NCBI GenBank assembly: GCA_951406725.2 | Contig: OX597825.1 | Location: 36,952,001-37,016,000, forward strand | Origin: Octopus vulgaris | Taxonomy: Eukaryota | Length of the DNA stretch: 64,000 nt | Direction of reading: 5' to 3' | Part shown: one piece after another, positions 36,868-48,699 of the stretch | Layout of the letters: every line of letters begins with the position of its first letter | Numbering within the stretch: the stretch's first letter is position 1 | Notes under the pieces: model-generated | What the model saw: only the letters and a program-made list of their open reading frames with translations | Told to the model about the DNA's origin: nothing | The model's database searches: none | Translations under genes and position numbers: made by a program

Positions 36868-39689
36868 GCCAGAACAACCTGCCATCCTCTACACACCATC
36901 ATAAACTGCGAGCAGGGTACAAATTGTTGTCCTTAAATGCTCGCAGTTTATGCAACAAAATACATTTGTTCAACGCCTACGTCAGAAGTGTTGACCCTGA
37001 CTTCATCACTGTCACGGAAACATGGGCGCATTCCTTACTCTGTGATGGGGTTTTCAACATTACGGGGTACAACCTCTTCCGTAAGGACCGCACTAACCGC
37101 CGTGGTGGTGGTGTGATGGTCTACGTTCGTTCAAATTTTTTGGTAATTCCTTGTGCCGATTTGAACGAATCACAAGAAGAAGTTTTTTTCTGTGACGTGC
37201 GTATGACCATGTCAACACTCCTGCTTGGCGTTGTTTATCGTCCCCCAAGTTACCATCGGGACACACAGCTTTGCAATGTCCTCCGAGCTGCTGCCAGGAA
37301 AACAGCCACTTATGTGTTTATTGCAGGCGATTTCAATCATCCTGAGATCGATTGGGAGACCTTCCATTGGCCACAGAGTGCAAACGATTTTGTTGAGCTT
37401 GTGCTGGACTCAAACTGGTCACAAGTAGTCACCTCTCCAACAAGAGGCGACAACACCTTGGACCTGCTCTTCACCACAACTCCTGAAGCAGTTATCAATT
37501 GCACTACGGAGGAACCTCTAGGTGACTCTGATCATGCTATGATCATCGCCAATCTGGCTCTTGCGGGCAACAAAAACCTGAACCATCTCCAATCTGCTTC
37601 CTTCGATTGGAAGAGAGCAGATTGGAACCTGTACCACACTGAACTACAGCACCCAAACTGGCGTGAATTCTACAACTCTGGAGATGTGAATACTATACTC
37701 CAGAGTATCCTGGACTCAATATGGGCAGCATGTGCAGCATCAGTGCCACGTAAACAAAAAAAGAAGAACCGCCCCAAAAGGGCAATTTGGGAAACTTCAG
37801 CGGTCCGACTTGCCAGGAGGGAACGTCGGACTGCTGAACGGGAATACAGGTTGCATAAATCAGACACCAACAGGAAGAAGCGGAATAAATCCTCCAACCA
37901 TCTCAAGCAAGTGACAAAAAAAGCAGTGCTTGAATTTGAACAGTGCATAGCAGCCAATCCTGACAGCAAGGTTTTCTGGAAATATGTGCACTCAAAGCAG
38001 AGACCTCACTCTCCAGTGGGCCCTCTTCGCAACCCTCACACAAACCAGATCACTGACGACCCCAAGGAATGCGCAGAACTCATTGCCGAGTGCTATGCAA
38101 ACATATTCACTGTTGAAAGTCAAAATGTACCATCTTCACCATCACTAACAGCAAACTCCATAACAACTATGGAATTTACACCTGCAATGCTGCGACGTCA
38201 CCTTCAAAATAAGCGCAACTATGCCTCCCCTGGTCTCGATGGAGTTACATACCTGCTTCTCAAACGTGGCAGGCACTTCCTTTTACACCAGCTTTCTATT
38301 TTCTTCCAGTACTGTCTCAACAATGGTGCTACTCCGGAGCAGTGGAAAACTGCCAGTGTCATTCCTCTGTTCAAAAAGGGCGACCGCACATCACCTGTCA
38401 ACTATCGCCCAGTCAGTCTCACTAGCTGTATTGCAAAACTGATGGAATCGTGTGTCAGAGAAACACTCTGGAACTTCTGGAGCTCTCACAGTCTCATCCG
38501 ACCCTCACAATATGGATTTGTCCCTAACTCCAGCTGCAGTGACCAGCTTGTCGAGTTCCTTGAGGACATTACTCAGATTACTGACAGTGGCTCATGGGTG
38601 GATGTTGTCTACCTTGACTTTGCTAAGGCTTTCAACTCTGTGCCACACAAAAGGCTTATGGTGAAACTCTCTGCAATGGGTGTGGGGGATGACCTTTTTA
38701 ACTGGTTGAAATCCTTCATCCTCAGCCGAAAGGAGGTAGTCACAGTTCTAGGACAGCACTCTACACCATATGAGATGTCATCGGGTGTACCACAGGGATC
38801 TGTCCTTGGTCCCCTCTTGTTTGTGGCATACATTAACGACATAGATGCCAATTTAAAGAATGCCACAGTATTGAAATATGCAGACGACATCAAGCTGTAC
38901 CTTGAAATCAAGAGGACAGATCCTGATGTCTACAACTCTTTCCTGCAATCAGACCTAGACACAATGCAGCAATGGATCACAGACTGGCAACTGAAACTGG
39001 CTGTGGACAAGTGTACCACCATGCATTTTGGGAGAAAAAACCCTGCGTTCACATACTCCCTCCACAACACTGATATCAAGAAATCCTCTTGTGAGCGTGA
39101 CCTAGGCATCACTGTCAGCAGTGATTTGCGTTGGTCAAAGCATATCTCTAAGATTGTCAGGAAGGCCGAGGGTGTCTTGGCATCACTCAGCAGGTCTTTT
39201 GTTAGCCGCTCTCCAGCCATCTATTTAAAACTGTATACAGCTATGGTACGACCACACTTGGAATTCGCATCATCAGTTTGGAACCCCTATCTTGCACAGA
39301 ACATTGACCTCCTGGAATCTGTCCAGAGACGTGCAACCAAACGCATACCCTCCATCAGACACCTACCATATTCTGAGCGCCTTGTTTCCCTGGGCATGGA
39401 TTCACTGAAGCTCCGGCGTTTGGCGACGGACTTGGTAAACACCCACAAAGTTATCAACCACCTCACCAACAACAACACTGAACACCTTTTTGATCTCCAT
39501 GTGTCTAACACACGTGGACATGCCTACAAAGTCAGAAAACAATACAGCTCCCATGACTTTCGGAAACATTTTTTCACGCTCAGAGTTGCTGAAGCATGGA
39601 ATAAACTGCCTGCGTCAGTTGTTGACTGCCATGACACTGCATCTTTTAAGGCCCTCATGCTTTCCGAAATCCGCCGAAACTACATCTGA
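36840..39689 (+). CDS. LINE ORF2: AP endonuclease + reverse transcriptase (CR1-type); no ATG start
   Basis: Frame is open from 36840 (after TAA 36837-36839) to 39689. APE motifs SLNARS, VTETW, GDFN, TRGDNTLDL, SDH. RT motifs NYRPVSLTS, YLDFAKAF, GVPQGSVLGP, YADD, ERDLG. CR1-like C-terminus TRGH..K..RKHFF..RV..WNKLP. Confidence 0.95.
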   Translation, partial: KDYSNSGKLSQNNLPSSTHHHKLRAGYKLLSLNARSLCNKIHLFNAYVRSVDPDFITVTETWAHSLLCDGVFNITGYNLFRKDRTNRRGGGVMVYVRSNFLVIPCADLNESQEEVFFCDVRMTMSTLLLGVVYRPPSYHRDTQLCNVLRAAARKTATYVFIAGDFNHPEIDWETFHWPQSANDFVELVLDSNWSQVVTSPTRGDNTLDLLFTTTPEAVINCTTEEPLGDSDHAMIIANLALAGNKNLNHLQSASFDWKRADWNLYHTELQHPNWREFYNSGDVNTILQSILDSIWAACAASVPRKQKKKNRPKRAIWETSAVRLARRERRTAEREYRLHKSDTNRKKRNKSSNHLKQVTKKAVLEFEQCIAANPDSKVFWKYVHSKQRPHSPVGPLRNPHTNQITDDPKECAELIAECYANIFTVESQNVPSSPSLTANSITTMEFTPAMLRRHLQNKRNYASPGLDGVTYLLLKRGRHFLLHQLSIFFQYCLNNGATPEQWKTASVIPLFKKGDRTSPVNYRPVSLTSCIAKLMESCVRETLWNFWSSHSLIRPSQYGFVPNSSCSDQLVEFLEDITQITDSGSWVDVVYLDFAKAFNSVPHKRLMVKLSAMGVGDDLFNWLKSFILSRKEVVTVLGQHSTPYEMSSGVPQGSVLGPLLFVAYINDIDANLKNATVLKYADDIKLYLEIKRTDPDVYNSFLQSDLDTMQQWITDWQLKLAVDKCTTMHFGRKNPAFTYSLHNTDIKKSSCERDLGITVSSDLRWSKHISKIVRKAEGVLASLSRSFVSRSPAIYLKLYTAMVRPHLEFASSVWNPYLAQNIDLLESVQRRATKRIPSIRHLPYSERLVSLGMDSLKLRRLATDLVNTHKVINHLTNNNTEHLFDLHVSNTRGHAYKVRKQYSSHDFRKHFFTLRVAEAWNKLPASVVDCHDTASFKALMLSEIRRNYI
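36858..36864 (+). promoter_or_regulatory. Candidate -1 ribosomal frameshift slippery heptamer G_GGA_AAC
   Basis: X_XXY_YYZ in ORF1 phase (CAG GGA AAC TAA). A -1 slip enters the ORF2 frame (GGG AAA CTA AGC...). Confidence 0.65.
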
Positions 39690-41654
39690 TTATATATACA
39701 CTTTAGATGAGTTGTAGTGCACCTGAGCACTGTACACAATTATTATTATTATTATTATTATTATTTTAAATACACTGAGACACAAGTTCCCATCCTGTGA
39801 TGTTGGTCTGAATCGGAACGATGGGTTAGGAATATCTCATGGCTGGGATGGTCAAACTCTTGATAAATTTAGGAAAAACTCATTAATATATTCAGTTAAT
39901 TAGGCCTCAAAATCACCGCGTATACTAATTTGCCAAAGGTCAATATTTTGAATGTTTCCTCAGATCTAAACTCCCACTCTTATAACCGTACCATAAGAAA
40001 TATTACAACCCTTCAAGTAAAAATATGAATCATAAAAATAGATCTAAAAATACAGCTAAGAAAAGAATATGGTCACTTTTTCCCTAAATACTAAAACTAA
40101 CGTAGGTACAAATACAGGAAGATTTTTAACAGACGCTCGAGAAGGACATAATCACTCGTGAGCGTCACCTAGAGCTCACTCCCAGTTGTAACTGTCGAAA
40201 CCCTCAAATCTGCCAACTTAACCAGGTATGTATGATAAGCTCCGTCATATATGGAGCAAAAGTCACAGCAACGTTACAAGATAACCTAATAGGAATGAAA
40301 AATTAAATTGGGTTATGAGAAGGCGATTTCAAAAGACGTTATACAAACCTCTTATCTTCTTTCCGGTACATAGGCAAAAGAAACTCACTAAGTTGGGTAC
40401 CAACGTATGGAGTTTGTAGGCTAACAGCACACCTCATACAATCAAGTGAAGAATTGTAGAGAAATCCATGCTATATGTTAATTGACCTAAGAAATGTAAC
40501 TTATGCGTAGCTGAAAGACCGCATATTCTTTTTATATATCTAAGAATTTCACCGCACTACTAAATTCCAGATCAGAAATTTTCAGTAAATGCAAACATAT
40601 GGACAACTTCTTTTGGCGAACTGCAGGACGCCACCCTCTCCGAATCGAGCAGCTGTCTTGCAGACGTTGGAACACGGGGTTGAATTACTTTAAAAGAAGT
40701 AGCTTAATTATGGCTTTAAAGTCAATGAGGACATAACCCTAATTTTTCTTTCATTTTCCTTTTTTTGTTTCTATTCATCCTTCGAATCTTTGCATATATC
40801 TTCTCGTTGTTTTCTCCTGATTTCTCCTGATTTATAAATTGAATAGACCTCACAGCCTGAGATTGGTTGGAGATGAAAAGTGTGCTATAAAAAGCTGTCT
40901 AGACCAACGTTTCCAAAGCAAAAAACTATTAGCAGCTCGTATCTTTATACGGTGTACATTAAATAATATTTACCTCTATTTGGATTGAGTACATTTTGTT
41001 GATCCTATCTTAACGGAACAGTAAACTATATATATATATGTGTGTATATATATATACATACACGCATATACATACATATACGCACGAACTTACATACATG
41101 CACATACGCACATGCACACACACATATTAAATCATTGGAGGGTATTTTATTTTATCAAACACTGTAAGAGAAAACATAAAGTAGATACAGACGCACTTGA
41201 CAGTAATACAACGAAATATTTCAATGAATTTTTGTTTACCGCACCGATTCCGCCATCGTGCGCTGATAGACACACATGCACACACACACGTACACACATT
41301 TAATGCTCATTTGCAAAGCAACTGTGCGTGTGTGCAGAGGCTATGTAGAATACAAGTAATATGCATATGCTTAGTCTCACTGTGAAAGTAGACATAGATA
41401 AACGTAATAGGCTTCGGAAAGTTGAGATGATAACCAAAACGACGATTTTAATGACTCATCAGAGATCGCTTATCTCGCTTTACCAGATAATTACTTAAAA
41501 TTAAAATGAAAAAAAACCTGACATTCCGCGTATATACTCTGAAGAATGGGAAGAATGGCGTTCCCTTTATAAGAATAATTATACATTAAAAAAAAATTAT
41601 ATTCGAAAGACATTAACAGCAACAACAACCACAACAGTGATAATAATAATTCTT

Positions 41655-41845
41655 TCTACTATAGGCACAAGGCCTGAAATCTGAGAAGGGGAAATAATCG
41701 ATTACATCGACTCCAGTGCGTAACAGGTACATATTTTATCGACCCCGAAGGGATGAAAGGCTGAATTTACACTCAGAGCGTAAGGACGGAGGGAATGCTG
41801 CTAAGCATTGTGCCCGGCGTGCTGACGATTCTTCCAGCTCGCCGC
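41655..41845 (-). mobile_element. SINE family B copy with internal deletion
   Basis: Homologous to 4998-5212. Confidence 0.78.
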
Positions 41846-41870
41846 CAATAATAATAATAATAATAATAAC

Positions 41871-41906
<36 letters not shown>

Positions 41907-41907
<1 letters not shown>

Positions 41908-43760
41908 GCAATCTGTCTCAGGAGAAGGAATACTCTGATTTCAAAACCGGTATAGATAGAACCCCTTAGTCACAGTAGTCAAGCTCTACTCCTACAGGAG
42001 AAGTTTGGGAAGAGGCGAGTATTTGGCGCCTCCAAATAACCAGTGCTCCGGTTAGGCTGTACTCGTTAACCTTGGTAGGCAGCCTAGAAGAAGGAAAACT
42101 CCAAGCCCCAAACCAGGGGAGCAAGGACCCTGCGCCTTGACAGACTACCTTGATAGAGATGGTGTCTCGATAAAAATACCGGTTGGAAGTATCCGAAAAA
42201 TGCCTCACATTTGTGAGTGAAAATGCCAAGCAAAATAAATGACGATAACGGTGTGAACGGGACTAGAACCAATGGTGAAGGTACCGCACCCGGCAGTTAC
42301 CCCACTGTGTAGCAGGATGGGTCCAGTATTATTCAACACCTGCCAGCCATACTACAAAAACAGTCCTTGTACTGGCCTAATTATGCAACGTGCTTGAAAA
42401 CGCAAGTGGTCTGTTGAAATGAACCAAAGGACGATCCAGTGCCATGAACAAGCCTTGATAGACAAGAACAATGGCAAATGTAAAGCTGTTGGTAAAAGAT
42501 CATTAGAACTTTGGAACCAGCTGGGTGTGTTTCAGATTACTGAAAATGGACTTATGAATCAGATAAGAATAATTGGGAATAGAGGCTTTCTTAATGAATC
42601 CCAGATTCAGACAAACAGGAAAAGCCTCTGTAGTGGTCAGAATCTCGAGGAGAATAACGTAGGGGAAGATCAGTGAATGCGTAAGGCAAGGTTAAGTTGT
42701 GGAGGAGAGGCCGGCCAATCATTATAATGTAGAAAAGCCTGAAATAAGAGCGGATATGACTGAGGAACAGAGATGCCTCAGGAAAAGACTCCAGGATACA
42801 CGAATAACAAGAACAGAGACTAAACCGGTAAATCTAAGAAGCTTCGTCCATAACAATGTGACTCAAACGTGCGACCCAAAAAGTTAATGATATTCTGAAA
42901 CACATTCTGACAAAAGATCTACCAGAAACAAGAGACTTGATCAGATCCGCTTTAAGTTTAGTAGGTGAACTGGTTGGAAAGAAAGAGAGGAAAGTAGACG
43001 GACAGAAGTAGCCATGGTGGAAGCGAAGAACTGAAGGCAATATTCTAACTTTGCATAAAGATCTGAGCCGCATAGAACAGTGGTCAAAAATGCAATGGAA
43101 AAATGGAAAAGAAAGTGTAAGGGTATATCTTGACGTGAAGTACTAAATACAAAAGAAAGGGTTCAAAATTGTCATCAAAACCCTAAACGCGTGCAGCGTT
43201 ACACTGATCGCATATCGCAATTCCAGCAAAGCCGGTTATTCTCAAATAACCAGGGGCAGTTTTTAAGGGCTAAGGTGGATATACAGAAGATAATACACCT
43301 GAAGCAGAAGAAACCCGCCAATTTTGGAATAAAAATTGGGGCGGGGGGGGAGAAGTTTTGCACAACCACAGTGCTGAGTGGATTCACTCCGTGCGATCGG
43401 AACTCCGTTGCCAAACGGAGTGAGAATGGAAGCCCCGGATGATGATGGGTACAAGTACCTTGGGATCCTGGAGCTGGACAATATCTTGCACGGAGAAATG
43501 AAAGACAAGATCATCACTGCATATTTCAAGCGCCTCAAATTTCTCTGGAAATCAAACCCCAACTCAAGGAACCTTGTGACTACCATCAACATATGGGCTG
43601 TTGCTGTAGTCCACTATAGTACACCCATCCTGAGAAGGACAGGAGCGGAGATTGAACAACTCGATCGCATTACCCGAAAGGCAATGGCAATGCATGGTAC
43701 CCTCCACCCCAAGGCAAATGTACACAGGCTTTACATGAAGAGAGGTAAAGGTGGACAAAA
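41907..43760 (+). mobile_element. R4/Dong-clade LINE, internally deleted, starting in (TAA)n
   Basis: N-terminal RKWSVEMN..LMNQIRII, PWWKRR, RYTDRISQFQQSRLF, joined to post-RT GYKYLGILE..INIWAV..LHPKANVHRLYMKRGKGG. Confidence 0.8.
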
Positions 43761-44368
43761 TGAGAACCCAGGTTCGAAATTTCCCCAAGACACCTGATGA
43801 AGGCTGTGTTAACAACAAACAAGATGAGGACAAATATCCGTCAAATGTAAATAATGTACATAATTCTTCATCTCTTAAATATAGAACAGCTCATATTTTG
43901 TTTTTACAAGTGGATAGTGTAGAGACATAAATTCCATGTACTGTTCATTCAAAGGGGTCTTGTGGTGTGAATGAAATTTTGAGAATGTACTTGTAGGGGT
44001 AAGTAGACAAAGAGAAGATAATAGATATGTATGTTTGGAGGAGAATGGTAGTAGTCAAAAGGAATAGGGGAAAAAGAAAGAAAAAGGATTACTAGATGGT
44101 GGTCAAGATATTGTGAGCGGGTGGAAGAAGAGAGCTATCAGGATAAAAGGAATAGGGGAGGGATAGAAAGAAGAGATAAGCATGTAAGGAAGGAATATGT
44201 GTGAGAAGTGGGAGGTGGAGGTGATATGTTTGAATGGCACTAAGGTGGGGGATAGGTTCTGGTGTCTAAGTTTATTTAACACACACACATACACTCGCAC
44301 ACACACACACACGCACACACATGCACACACGCACACACATGCACACACGCACACACACATATATATAT

Positions 44369-45602
44369 ACGGGGTGCCCCACCAAATGTATTCATACTTT
44401 AAATAATTGTAAAGTAGGTGTTTATTAAAATACATTTCATTTTCAAAATTTAATAGAGTCTACAGACATTATTTTATTGTTTTGTCAATCCCTTTCAAAC
44501 TGACATCAGTTCTGGTCCAGGCACTGCTGACCAGGCGAAGCAATAGAGTCGCAAACATCACAGAACAATTCGTTTGGTATTTGTGTGCATTCTCGTTCAA
44601 TGGCCGCTCTCAAATCAGCGACTGTTGCAGGTTCCATATCATAGACTTTCTCTTTTAGGTATCCCCATAAAAAAGCCTAGTGGTGTGAGATCTGGTGAAC
44701 TCAGAGGGTATTCAACGAAATTCCTTCGTCCAGTCTACCTGTTTGGCAAATCTCATTAAGGAAGGGGCAAACATCGCGATGGTAGTGTGGGATTGTCCCA
44801 TCTTGCTGAAAATAAAACTCCTCATCTTCAAAGCATTCTCTAATGCTTGGCATGACAAACTGTTGCAGCAAGTTCAAGTAAACCGGACCAGTCACAATAA
44901 CCTAAAAAAAAAAAATGGTCCAATTAATCCCCTTCATGATAAACCACACCTTATTGTAACTCCTGGTAAATTAAAATGGTGTTCCACCATAACATGCGGA
45001 TTCTCAGGTTCTCAGTAGATGCAATTGTGGCAGTTAAATGAACCATTTAATTTGTATATGGCCTCATCACTCCACACAATCTTTCTTGGAAAGTGTGCAT
45101 CTTCTACACATCGTGCCAAGTACCACTCGCAATACTGTACTCTGGTCTGGATCATCATCATTAATAGCATGGACTAATCTTGGAACGTAACTTTTCCTTT
45201 GACAACGCTTCAACATGCGTTGGACAGACGATTTTGAAATACCTACCTCACGACTCGCTTGCCGCACAGATTTTCTTGGACTTTAATGATACGTTCCCAG
45301 CACTCCTGCTTGCTTTGTGGGGTTGTCGATGTTCGTAGTCTTCCGGAACGCTTCTGGTGGACATTCTGAACAGTTCCATCGGCTTCAAACTTATCTCTAA
45401 TTCGAGTAATGATAAGCGGCGTTGATGAAACCTTCCTCCTAAACTGTCTTTGCTCTTCAGTTGCGTTTTCACACTTCCAGTAGTATTTCAGAATGAATTT
45501 CCTTTGTTCCAAGCTTAGTCTGACTGCCATCATTAATGCCAATGGGTTTAATGTAGAAAGAAAAAAACATCAATTGAGTTATCAGCTGCTAAAGTGTGTA
45601 CA
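44369..45602 (-). mobile_element. Tc1/mariner-superfamily transposon, decayed
   Basis: MAVRLSLEQRKFILKYY..KFEADGTV..RSGR (paired-like HTH), FQQDG..PH, SPDLTPL; frameshifted. One TIR-like end TA|CGGGGTGCCCCACCAAA. Confidence 0.85.
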
Positions 45603-45679
45603 CACACACACATGTATACAGACACATATGTACACACACACTCACACACACACACTCGCGCGCGTACACACACATATAT

Positions 45680-46862
45680 AAGGCCGAAATTCTACCTGTC
45701 AAGCACATCTAGAGTTACTCCTCTCTTGGCAATGATTTTCTCAATCCTGTTCCTGACTGAACCAGAAGTTTTCTTAAGGAATTCCACATTAATGTCTTCA
45801 TCCTATGTCTTATGGATGGAATTTTTGAGGGTTTGTAGGTTACTGTGGTGCTTCTCACAAACTTTTCTGACCAGTTAATTCCAGATGCTTAAGTCGGAAG
45901 GGTTCAAACCAGGTGACGAAGGAGGCCTGGTGTCCTTATCTCCAAACCTGTTCCCAAACTGAACCCTGGGAAATTTTGGAGCCACTGCACTTGTGTGACA
46001 AGGAACTCAATCTCGCTGGAATGTAAACTTGAAGTTCTTAGCGATCTTGTTGGGGTTTCCCTCGTCTCTTACCCCCGGATATGCAGAAAGAATTCAGGAT
46101 TCTACATCTTTCAAAACCCAAACATAACATACTCCTGTCAGTCTCTAGTCTTCTCAAAGATGATCAATGGCATTTTGCTAACACATCATCTTGGCAAGGT
46201 TTTGACTCCCTCATGAGTGTGTGAAACCAGAACGCAGCTATTGCGGCTGTTTGTGTGCGTATCTGGCGTAAAATTCTTCTCATCTGTGTAAATGATCATT
46301 GCAGGATTATGTTTCAGCTTGTTCAAGATGATCATTACCATCTCCAGTCTTCTAACTTTTGGAGTAACAAGGTGCTTCTCAGGTCTCAGTAAGATTTCAT
46401 TTTCAAGTCTTCTGTCGTCGCTCTTGGAACTTTCATAGCTGAAACTTCTCTCTTACGTGCCAAACGTCTTATTGATTGATTTGGGTCTCTTCTTAAGCTC
46501 CAAATTGAAATGATGATTCCTTTGGTGGTTATGACGTCCTAATGCAGTTTTCCTTTCCACCATTTCCTCTTTCTCAAGCTTATTTACGACTCACTTGATA
46601 GTTCTTGAATGGACTTTGAAGATGGAAGCCAGAGAATGAATGTTGGTACTATTACTTAGCTCTCTCAAAATTGCTAATTTGGGAAGACATGATGAGGCTG
46701 GTCCAAAACGATTTCAGCCTGTTTACTTTCTAAATAAATGTCTCAATGGCTATTCCACTGATTCTTACAAAAACTGGTGTCAGTATGACCAGGTGTCTTA
46801 TCTGGAAAAATTGCAAATCGATAAAGATTTGTGAGCGTGACAATTTTGCGGTCTACTTTTTA
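45680..46862 (-). mobile_element. Tc1/mariner (maT/DD37D-like) relic
   Basis: Minus strand PPSSPGLNPSDLSIWN (SPDLNPLDYSIW-like); rest heavily decayed. Confidence 0.55.
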
Positions 46863-46969
46863 CATACACACACACACACACGTACGCACACACACACGCA
46901 CAAACACATACACACACACGCACACACAAACACACACACACACACACACACAACACACACACACACGCA

Positions 46970-47390
46970 TAGTCTGATCAATAAATATCCGAAATATTGC
47001 TATAGTAACGAAACTAAAGCACACAGAGTAAAGCTGCTTGGCACAGATTGACCTTGAACTCCGCCGTGCATGTGCACGAAGTTTTAACGTTCTAGCTCAC
47101 TTTCGCTGTTTACAGCAGTGCTTAGAAGGAGGGTGTGTAGCGTGTGATCGTCGCATTGACAATGGTAAAGTTGAGCAGAGAATCTGCATCAAATTTTGCC
47201 AAAAGATACCTGCTCAGAGGCCTATGCAAAGTTTTCAAGAATTTTTCATCGTTGTCGATACAATGAAGATCTTGTGCAACTGAAACCCAAGTGTCTTTCT
47301 GGTCAGCTGGAAACAGTTTTGGCACAAACTTGGCAGATAACCGTCCCATACCTAAATCTTCAGTGATAATGGACTGAACTGAAGCGTAAC
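46970..47390. mobile_element. Rearranged mariner fragments
   Basis: Plus-strand EQRICIKFC (transposase N-terminus) abuts minus-strand LSAKFVPKL..DQK (WVPHEL-like motif). Confidence 0.65.
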
Positions 47391-47787
47391 TAATTTGGTA
47401 TTGATACTGTTACTTAGCCCCAAGAAACATCATCTACGGCTTAATAAATCTCGTTCAGAGATTTATTATGTCAGTGATATGTGTCACTTTGAAAATTATG
47501 CATTTCGAACACGAGTTTGATGGCACCATCTCTAGCCGAGCAGTTATTCTGTGCTGAGGAAGGGGAAAAAACTCAGAAATCATTGGTACGCAGATGTTGC
47601 TTTGAACTGAGTTAGAACACTTGACTCGCTTGTTCGAAAATATAAAGACGCAGATAGTACGTCGTATAGCCAGCTGGGGACGATGTTACCTGGGGCTAAA
47701 TAACAGTAACTACCACATTATGTTGGTAAATGATCTTTTCTACACAGTACTGTTACCGAATGTCTCTCATTCAGAGATTTAGAAATA

Positions 47788-47880
<93 letters not shown>

Positions 47881-48190
47881 GTGTGTGTGTGTGTATGTAA
47901 ATCTAAAATAATAAGGGTGAAAAATTGAATATTAATTCAATTAATATCAATTTAAAACCAGTGGCCTAGCATATTGAAAAAGCTGAAGATTCAGAAAAGT
48001 TATATCACATACATATAAGACGGATGACCACTAAGTGGACATCCGTTATGTTAGAAGTAGACCCCCTATGGTCTTACCACTAAGAAAAGATTGTTTCCAA
48101 GAAAATTCAGCAAAAAAGAACTCGGAAGGTTGGGTCTACAACCAGGTCATTCGCGAGACCCTTAAAGTCAGGAACTTTTCAGCACCGCTG

Positions 48191-48191
<1 letters not shown>

Positions 48192-48221
<30 letters not shown>

Positions 48222-48440
48222 TGTATGTATGTATGTATGTATGTATGTATGTATGTATGTATGTATGTATGTATGTGTGTATGTGTGTGTGTGTGTGTCT
48301 GTCTGTCTGTCTGTCTGTCTGTATGTATGTATGTATGTATGTATGTATGTATGTATGTATGTATGTATGTATGTATGTATGTGTGTGTGTGTCTGTGTGT
48401 GTGTGTGTGTATGAGTGTGTGTGCGTGTGTGTGTGTGTGT
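48192..48440. repeat. (TATG)n/(TG)n/(TCTG)n compound microsatellite
   Basis: Direct reading. Confidence 0.95.
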
Positions 48441-48699
48441 AGCACAAAAGCAGAAATAGTAGAAGTATTTCTGTGGGCATTGCATAGGATCAGTTGTTGA
48501 GAGAGGATGAAGTGTTTTCTGGTCTTGATGAGAAAAGATTAATGTTTGGGATGTAGTCTTTTTTATTTTTGTGCCACAACTTATTAGGGGTGAGTATACA
48601 CAACCAAATTATACAACACAATGAGGTTCATAATAGCTAACAAAGAATAGGGAAACAAAAAGCACAAAAATAATTCTATAGACCTGACACAGCAATTCT

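Larger units (their letters stand above)
35034..39765 (+). mobile_element. Full-length CR1-group non-LTR retrotransposon (LINE), apparently young
   Basis: 5' UTR 35034-35656, ORF1, uninterrupted ORF2, short 3' UTR and (ATT)n tail at ~39739-39765. TTAAAT occurs at 35028-35033 and 39766-39771 (TSD). Removing the element rejoins a Penelope-type RT reading ...SYDSADTCDLLDIFIL|NTLRHKFPSCDVGL(N)R(N)DGLG. Confidence 0.92.
34540..40640 (+). mobile_element. Degenerate Penelope-like element (RT + GIY-YIG endonuclease), interrupted by the CR1 LINE
   Basis: 34600-34790 reads LLQWDNSSSVISRFK..EFDMIDFYPS..LDKVIEFAK. GSYDSAD/YRDDG-like motifs flank the LINE. 40240-40620 reads SVIYGAKV..GDFKRRYTN..KKCNLCVAE..LNSRSEIFSKCKH. 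Many stops and frameshifts. Confidence 0.8.

Noticed and set aside
43790-43830. CTGATGA-AGGCTG hammerhead-like start
   Set aside because: No matching stem II 3' strand or GAAA follows; at best a deleted relic.
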